The notes under the pieces were generated by a model that was not told the DNA's origin, made no database searches, and worked only from the letters and a program-made list of their open reading frames with translations. 64,000 nt of DNA from Octopus bimaculoides (taxonomy: Eukaryota). Location: assembly GCF_001194135.2 (NCBI RefSeq), contig NC_068990.1:61004293-61068292 (forward strand), written 5' to 3'. Positions 55,085 through 64,000 of this stretch are shown piece by piece (position 1 is the stretch's first letter; every line of letters begins with the position of its first letter). Both the position numbers and the translations under genes were made by a program.

Positions 55085-55666
55085 TATGTATATGTATATA
55101 TGTATGTACATACATATGTGTGTGTGTGTAAATGTGTGAGTGTGTGCATGTGTGTGCATGCATGCATGCATGTGTGTGTGCTTCTGTGTCTGTATTTGTC
55201 ACTTTCCACCACCTGATAACCAGTGTTGGTTTGTTTATTTCCCTAGAACTTAAAAAATAGCAAAAACAAAAAACAAAACAAATAACAGACAAGTACTAGA
55301 TTTAATTTGTTCGGCTAAACCCTTCAAGGTGGTGCTGCAGTATGGCCACAGTCCAATGACTGAGACAAGTAAAAGACAAAAAATAAGTCTCGTGTGTGTG
55401 TATGATAATCTTAAGGATTATTTTGAAATAAAATGTGATGCCAAAGTGAAGATTAAGAAGCAAATAATGAAAAGATCTTAAATAATTTAGTTATGTATCA
55501 AATGAAATGTAGGGGGTGGGCCAAAAGTCATGCACAAAATAAGTTTAATATGCTCCAGAATTGTCAAAGACATGCTTTAATTTTCCTAAAAGTGAATAAA
55601 ATAAATAAAATAATGTTTAATACACACATACTTGTACATGCTGAACAAAAGGAATAATAATAATGC

Positions 55667-55705
<39 letters not shown>

Positions 55706-56195
55706 TAATCCTTTTTACTATAGGCACAAGGCCTGAAATTTGGTGAGAGGGGACTAGTTGATTACATTGACCCTAGTGTTTCACTGGTACTTAATTTATC
55801 GACCCCAAAAGGATGAAAGGCAAAGACGACTTCAGTGGAATTTGAACTCAGAACATAAAGACAGGAAATGCTACTAAGCACTTTAGCCCAGAGTGCTAAA
55901 GATTCTGCCAGCCCGTTGCCTTAGTGATAATAATTCTTTCTACTATAAGCACAAGGCCTGAAATTTTGGGGGATGGAGAAAGTTGATCACACCGTGGTGG
56001 CGGCGGCGGTGGCAGTGATGGAGATGGCAATGGCGATGATGATGATGATGATGATGATGACAACGATAACAGCGACAATGATGACGACGATGACAACTAA
56101 TTTTTTAGTCTTTTTATAGATTTCCCACAAATAGATTTCACCCATAAGAGGGACCTGTCTCTTGTGTCAGTTTGCAGTTTATAACTTTCTGGTCT

Positions 56196-56243
56196 CTGTG
56201 GCTGAAGAAGAGATAACCATTCTGAAATGCATGCATCCTACAG
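56196..56243 (+). ncRNA. Consensus-matching minimal type I hammerhead ribozyme
   Basis: CTGTGG-CTGAAGA-AGAG ATAACCA TTCT-GAAA, stem III palindrome ATGCATGCAT, C (56237), then CTACAG pairing with CTGTGG. Confidence 0.85.
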
Positions 56244-56729
56244 TCTGGTTAGGTGCCATTGTGAGCTGACTCAGTGTGTTCACATCTGTCTACAGCAAGA
56301 AATTTTCTCCATATCAAAATACACTGAATGGCTTTCATACAGGTTCAAATATACCTCAGGCATATTTGAACTGGTAACAAGTTTTTATTCCCCTATATAA
56401 TTACTCTTTCCAGTTTGAATGTGTTTATATATTGTGAATAAATCACTAACATTTATAGAAATATAAAAGATCTTAATTACAAATATTTCCTCCCAAGCCA
56501 GCACCAGTCAAGCAGGATGATGATAAAAGAGTTCTAGTGGTGACCATCTTGTCGTTTTTCAGTCACATTACATCTAAGACTAGGCACCCACATTCTCCTT
56601 CATAATTATGTTTAGTAAGGTCAATTCAATTACTCTAGAGAAATCACCAGACTATTTTTACCAATTTTAATTTAGTAAACAATAATGGTTATAAGTTGTG
56701 TGTTTTTTACCGACAAACATTATTTACAG

Positions 56730-56798
<69 letters not shown>

Positions 56799-58279
56799 CT
56801 CTCCTCTCAAATGTTGTTTTCTACTCTTTCTGTGGCTGTTACAGTTTTCATTGGCTTTCTAAATCAGGTTTAAATTATTATCTCCCATTTTATAAATCCT
56901 GATTTTAATATTTTATCTTTGCAAACTTCATCGCCTTTTTTAATTATAACATCAAAACTCATCTTTTTATCAGTCCATCTGAATTTTGGTTGCATTTCTT
57001 TTCATGGAGAATTAAGAATTGCTAGTTTTTTGGACAGATATTTTCCTGTCTTTTAATATATTGATATGAATTTGACATATGGCAAGATGAAACAAACTAC
57101 AGAACAGATAACAGTATTTGCAGAGTTAGGCTGCTTATTCTTAAAACACTACTGAACTGTTGATTATGACTACTGAGAGCAGTTTTACTGTTTCTTGGTA
57201 ATTAGTATTAAAAACTGCTTGAATCTTTTCTTTATTTCTATTCTTTGATTCAAATATTTTATCATACATCAGAAATTTCTTTTATTTTAAAAATTTTTGT
57301 CTTTTTACTTGAAAAATTCTTTCTTATTTTAATTTCATTGAATATGGTTGAAATATCCTCATTATATTTTAATGTATGAATTTGCAAAATAATAAAATGA
57401 ATAAATATTTTTTAAAAATCCATGGTGTTGCAAGAGAATGAATTTCCCCACTTATTCATAAGAGTAAAAAGTCAAACATATGTCAATTAAAGAAGATTTA
57501 TTCCTTATTTCCTTTTCATATGCAAATTAACCCAAAATAAATCTTCTTCTTGTATTCTCTTGCCAATAGAAATGATTATGCCACTTACAGTATAATTCAC
57601 AATTTGATGTAAGGACATAGAAGGGAGACTTGAAATAGTTAAATATAAAATGTTTTGATATAACAACATTGTAGAAACAAGCTATTATTCTGTGTCTGTC
57701 TTCATAATTCTATGATTATGTTTTACACAAAAAATTTCTATATTTCTGTATTTCCTGTTGCATTTTGAAAAGCTGGAATAATAAACTCATGACAATATGT
57801 ATTAGTCACTTTTTCCTTTGTCAAGCTAATGAATATATATATTTAGGGTGTACGACTTATACAATTTTACATGATTTATCTATATCAGGCATTTTCTGCA
57901 CTATTATTGTACTCCAACTGGAGAACATCTCTACTCCTACACCTCAAATCTATGGATACTATTTTGTCCCTATAAATTGCAGGCCTATGCTAAGCTTGCA
58001 AGTTGGTAGTGGGTGGGAGGTGCTTTTTAGGCATCTATACAGAATCAAAATAAATACCATGAAACATCTCAGATACTTTAACAATTCCATCAGTCCTCTG
58101 CCATTGACAGGTATCTTATTGAGTCCAAGGGCAAAGTTGGCCTCTGTGGAATTTGAACTCAGCATGCAAAGATTCAAAGAATACTGTAAGATATTCTATC
58201 CATCTCTCTAATGACTCCGGCAGTTCACCTTTTTATATCTTAACTAGTCATTTATTTTATAATGTTAATTAAAGTTTAC

Positions 58280-58518
58280 CACATTCTAGTGTTCATCCCA
58301 TAGTACAAAGATTTATAAGAAAATCACTTAACAGTGTCACTTTCATATAATAACAGTGATGAACAAATCAAACTTACAGTGGATATAACAGCAAGTGTGA
58401 TCTCTGCATAGCCAAGGTCATGGCTATTTTGCAATACATGGACTGTTTCAATGAACACAGCAGTATAATATTCACCTGCAAACATCGGGCACTAAATTTA
58501 TTCTCAAAATACCTATAA
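58280..58518 (+). mobile_element. Second PLE GIY-YIG endonuclease C-terminal fragment
   Basis: YSGYNSKCDLCIAKVMAIL...FNEHSSIIFTCKHRALNLFSKYL* matches the PY..SKRC.LCL.EK...LN.RSE...CRH motif; pyrimidine-rich 3' UTR follows. Confidence 0.7.
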
Positions 58519-59030
58519 TTACAACCCTACTCCACTCTTGTCTCCTCCTAACTCTCATATATATATATATATATTTTTTTTTTCTCCCACTCATACACCT
58601 TCACTACCACTTTGTATTAAACCAATATCTTTCTTCCCTTTTAATTCATTGATTGTCAATTACAAAATTCACTTCCTATTTTACTTACTATCTAAAATAT
58701 TTTTCTTTCTTTTTATTTCAACTCCCTCCCCCTCTTACCCTTCCCTCCCTAAGCTTGCCAATATATACATATATATAAATAATACAAAATGGGACAAGAA
58801 TGCAAAACAGCCAGACAGTTAGGTGATACAAGAAAGGGACAACAAAACATCCAGATAGACGATACAAAGAAAACAAGGACAGGTCATTCGGAGTTTTCTT
58901 TCATCAGTCGAGATCCAGATTATCTTTGCAATTTCGCCCGGTTATACTCGATATTGCTCCAATCTGGCCAGCCCCAAGGAAAAACTAAGCTAAGAGCATT
59001 AGATTCCTTGGAAGAAACAATGTTACACAA

Positions 59031-59260
59031 GGCGACGAGCTGGCAGAATCGTTAGCGCGCTGGGCGAAATGCTTAGCAGTATTTCATCTGCCATTACGTT
59101 CTGAGTTCAAATTCCAACGAGGTCGACTTTGCCTTTCATCCTTTTGAGGTCGATAAATTAAGTACCAGTTACGCACTGGGGTCGATGTAATCGACTTAAT
59201 CCCTTTGTCTGTCCTTGTTTGTCCCCTCTATGTTTAGCCCCTTGTGGGTAATAAAGAAAT
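59031..59260 (+). mobile_element. SINE family B with 19-bp TSD
   Basis: TSD AAGAAACAATGTTACACAA at 59012-59030 and 59261-59279. Confidence 0.95.
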
Positions 59261-60531
59261 AAGAAACAATGTTACACAAATACAATAAAAATAATAACAG
59301 GTGTCTTTCGACTAAGGGCAAATTAAATTAAGCTGTGTGGAAATAAAGCCTTACGGCAGGGATACAAGATTTCACAGGCACAGGGACTACATACATCTCC
59401 ATCATTTCATACGTTTTTTGTTTTTGTTTTTTTACTACTCCCCTGCTAGTTTCTGCCATAAAAACCCTTTGACTACCAACAACCAGCTAGCTGGGCTTAA
59501 ATCCTAACCCTACCTTGCTTTATTCATACACACTTTTTTTCACCCTTATGACCTAAGATATTTCCTCACCTTCTCCCCTCCAATTTATCTTTTCTTCAAA
59601 TACCAATACCACTACTAAATTCTGAAATTCAGCTAAAACCACTATACTATCTACTACCAGTCAACTGACCTCCCCCTGCTCCTCCTTCCTCTCACTCCCT
59701 TATATTCTTTTTCTTCTTACTTCCCTTCTTCTAATACTTATTTCTCCCTACATTTATACAACCCCTCTGATACTGCGTCCTCCACACATTCTGACTGAAT
59801 CTTCCTTGCGTCAACATGTACCTCCTTGTGACAGGCAAAATGCTTAGTGGCATTTCATCTGTCCTTATATTCTGAGTTCAAATTCTGCTGCAGTCAACTT
59901 GGCCTTTCATCATTTGAGTACTGGAGGCATTGTATTTGACTTATTCCCCACTTCAAAGTTGCTGACCTTGTGCCATAATGTACAGGCAGGCTTGGACACC
60001 AAATATATAAGTCATTGTTCTCTACACCACTGGAGAGCAGCTTCTTGCTCTTAACGATGACAATGTATTCATAACACACAGCCTAGCACATGACATCAAG
60101 TTAATCTTTGTAGTTTTGAAGATGGCTTAAGTAAACCTATCTTTCTTTTGAGGCATAGAAGTATGCGACTATGTATAATTCTATGTGGTTTCTTTTATGG
60201 TAAGAATTTAAATACATTTCCAATTAATAATAAAGAAACTATGTCCAAGTTATTCCAGGCTAATAACCAATTATTCAAGTGTGATACATGAAGTAGGGAT
60301 GATGTAAATTGCACTGTTGGATTTAGGGGATGCACATACATACATACATACATACATACATACACACATACATACATACACACCTGCATACATGTAAATA
60401 CATATACATATATACATGCATACATACTTACATGCATACATGCAAACATACATACAAGCATATATATGTGCATGCAAGCAAGTATGTATACACACTCACA
60501 CACAGACATACAGACACATGCACACACACAC

Positions 60532-60569
<38 letters not shown>

Positions 60570-60963
60570 TTATGAATATATGAAACTATATTTTAAAATA
60601 GAAGTAGCTAGTAACAAAGTAACAAAGGATCTTTCATAGGAGTTGTGGTGTGAGTAAATGTGAGTGAATGTGTATATGCATGCATGCTTGTGAGTATGTA
60701 TGTGCATATTCATGCATGTGTGTATGTGTTATGGTTTACAGAGGCAAACATTAAAATGCTTAATACAAGTTTGTACTAAAGTGTGATGAATACCTTATAA
60801 ATATATACACTGTGTGTCAGATACTATGTGATGAAATCTTTACTATGGTATGTATTTAATAATAGATAACCCTGTCACATCAAATATATATGCATGCATG
60901 CACACACATACTCATCATTATCATCACCATTTTGCAGCTGCTTTTTATGTTAGTATCAGTTGG

Positions 60964-60997
<34 letters not shown>

Positions 60998-61978
60998 CTA
61001 GCTGGTTTCTTTTAGACTACATCTGTGAAATCCAGTCACAAGGCTTAGTCAGCCCAGGGCTAAAATAAAAAAAAATTCTTGTGAAGATACCTACCAATGG
61101 GTTATATATATATATATATATATATNNNNNNNNNNNNNNNNNNNNNNNNNNNNNNNNNNNNNNNNNNNNNNNNNNNNNNNNNNNNNNNNNNNNNNNNNNN
61201 NNNNNNNNNNNNNNNNNNNNNNNNNNNNNNNNNNNNNNNNNNNNNNNNNNNNNNNNNNNNNNNNNNNNNNNNNNNNNNNNNNNNNNNNNNNNNNNNNNNN
61301 NNNNNNNNNNNNNNNNNNNNNNNNNNNNNNNNNNNNNNNNNNNNNNNNNNNNNNNNNNNNNNNNNNNNNNNNNNNNNNNNNNNNNNNNNNNNNNNNNNNN
61401 NNNNNNNNNNNNNNNNNNNNNNNNNNNNNNNNNNNNNNNNNNNNNNNNNNNNNNNNNNNNNNNNNNNNNNNNNNNNNNNNNNNNNNNNNNNNNNNNNNNN
61501 NNNNNNNNNNNNNNNNNNNNNNNNNNNNNNNNNNNNNNNNNNNNNNNNNNNNNNNNNNNNNNNNNNNNNNNNNNNNNNNNNNNNNNNNNNNNNNNNNNNN
61601 NNNNNNNNNNNNNNNNNNNNNNNNNNNNNNNNNNNNNNNNNNNNNNNNNNNNNNNNNNNNNNNNNNNNNNNNNNNNNNNNNNNNNNNNNNNNNNNNNNNN
61701 NNNNNNNNNNNNNNNNNNNNNNNNNNNNNNNNNNNNNNNNNNNNNNNNNNNNNNNNNNNNNNNNNNNNNNNNNNNNNNNNNNNNNNNNNNNNNNNNNNNN
61801 NNNNNNNNNNNNNNNNNNNNNNNNNNNNNNNNNNNNNNNNNNNNNNNNNNNNNNNNNNNNNNNNNNNNNNNNNNNNNNNNNNNNNNNNNNNNTATATACA
61901 TATACATATATATACACACACATATATATATATATATATAAATAGGTTTAACTCCTTTTGTTATATTTCTTATTTTCT

Positions 61979-62960
61979 TATTTCTTTATTGCCCACAAGG
62001 GGCTAAACATACAGAGGACAAACAAGGACAGACAAAGGGATTAAGTCGATTATATCGACCCCAGTGCGTAACTGGTACTTAATTTATCGACCTTGAAAGG
62101 ATGAAAGGCAAAGTTGACCTCAGCGGAATTTGAACTCAGAACGTAACGGCAGACGAAATACCACTAAGCATTTCGCCCGGCGTGCTTTTGTTGTATTTTT
62201 ATTGAAATACACTGTCTTCATTTCTATTTGAAAATAAGGAAAGATTTAGTAAAATAATAGTCATTATTAATCTAGTGTAGGATGACAAGCTGACAGAATC
62301 ATTATCACAATGGGCAAAACGCATAGCAGTATTTTATCTGTCGTTAAGTTCTAAGTTCAAATTTGCTTTTGTCTTTCATCCTTGAGGGGTTGATAAAACA
62401 AGTACCAGTTAGGGACTGGAGTCGATGTAAAGATTGTGTTCAATGTTTTGGTAGTGAGCTGGCAGAATCGTTAGCACACCGGGTGAAATGCTTAGCGGTA
62501 TTTCATCTGTCTTTGCGTTCTGAGTTCAAATTCCACTGAGGTTGACTTTGCCTTTCATTCTCTCAGGGTTGATAAATTAAGTACCAGTTATAAACTGAGG
62601 TCAATCTAATAAACTGGCCTCCTCCCACCAAATTTCGGGCCTTGTGCATAGAGTAGAGAAGAATTGACTTATCCACTTTCTGAACTTGCTGACCTTGGGC
62701 CAAAAGTTGAAATGATTATTAATCTAGTGTTTTTCAAGGTGGTGAACGGCCTGAATTGTTACTATGCAAGACAAAATGCATAGTGACAATATTTCCGACT
62801 TTACATTCTGAATTCAAATTCTGCCAAAGTTGACTTTGCTTTTCATCGTTTCAATGTCAATAAAATAAAATACCAGCTGAACACTGGGGTCAATGTAATC
62901 AGCTATGTCACTCCCTTAAAACTGCTGGTGTTGTGCTAAAATTTGGAACTATTATTAATC
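61979..62960. mobile_element. Cluster of family B SINEs: one young minus-strand copy, then three older B-related plus-strand copies in tandem
   Basis: Repeated GAGTTCAAATT...TTTCATC...AGTACCAG modules; similar clusters at 25600-26370 and 39330-39795. Confidence 0.8.
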
Positions 62961-63284
62961 TGTTGTTTGGAACATAAATAAGCATTAAATTTTGATGGAA
63001 GATTTTTTTTGTTTAGATCAGTTTAAAACAAGAAATTTATATAATAGAGCCAATGGCAGTTTGAGGCTAGTTGGCATCAAAAAAGTTAAAGCCTCAAGTT
63101 CCGTTGTAAATGCATTTCTTTCACATTCAATTAACAAACCTTTATTTCAATTCTTTGACATCAGTTCATTCTTGTACAATTCCAGTAACGTCAGTTTGTC
63201 TTCAAAAGAAGTATATTTGCTTACTCATCTCTCCTTTTCTGTGAAGTGGTCCCCCATCATCCTTTGCATAGCTCAATGAGTGTG

Positions 63285-63383
63285 TGAGAGAGAGGGGGAG
63301 GGGGAGGGAGAGAGAGGAGGAGGAGGAGAAGTAGAAGAAGAAGAAGAAGAAGAAGAAGAAGAAGAAGAAGAAGAAGAAGAAGA
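63285..63383. repeat. Polypurine (GA/GGA/GAA)n tract
   Basis: Direct reading. Confidence 0.95.
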
Positions 63384-64000
63384 AATCCCTAGTATTTGGC
63401 TAGTCTTTTATATTTTTGATCAACAGCAAACTTGATCATGGTAGGGCTTGAATCCAGAGAACAGAACTAGAAAAAATTCTGCAAGGCCTTCTGTCTGATG
63501 CGCAAATGATTCTTACCAGTTCTTCATTTTCCTTTAACATTAACTTGTAGAATTATTCATTGCAACAACATTTTCAATAAGAATTGGTTCATATCTTTAA
63601 TTTGTTAATTTTACACGACAGCTTTAACAAGAATCTGCTTCCTGGTTGTATTAATGTATAAATAAGTACATTTGCCTGTTCATGTAAAGGTATGTGCACA
63701 CACACAAACACACACACACACACATACACACACGCACACACACACACACAAACACACATGGATACATACACACATGCATACATACACACACAGAGACATA
63801 TATACACATACACACATATACATATATATATACTCCTATATATGTACATACACACACACACACACTCATAAGTTTGAGTACCTTTATATGAGTATTTTCA
63901 TGTGAAGTAAAAACATTTTTTTGCATGTGTATATGTATGTGCATATATATGCATAATTGTGTGCGTGTATGTATGTGTATATATATATATATATATATAT

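Overview
AT-rich, microsatellite-dense animal genomic DNA from a gapped assembly (nine N-runs, most flanked by (TA)n or other simple repeats). The SINE repertoire looks like that of octopus (inference, from recalled octopus SINE families). No host protein-coding gene can be confidently identified, and most long ORFs in the track are artefacts of microsatellites and N-runs. The window is a layered mosaic of mobile elements: at least six SINE-like families in many copies (several with clear TSDs and nested insertions), decayed LINEs (RTE, CR1/L2-group, a restriction-like-endonuclease R4/Dong-type LINE), Penelope-like element (PLE) fragments (N-terminus, RT, two GIY-YIG endonucleases), a Tigger/pogo transposon, two DD37D Tc1/mariner elements, TTAA- and hAT-type MITEs and several long hairpins. 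The most interesting signal is a dispersed set of about ten minimal type-I hammerhead ribozyme motifs of unrelated sequence, most with a self-complementary stem III (the dimer-type architecture known from PLE pLTRs). One, at 56196-56243, matches the consensus fully.
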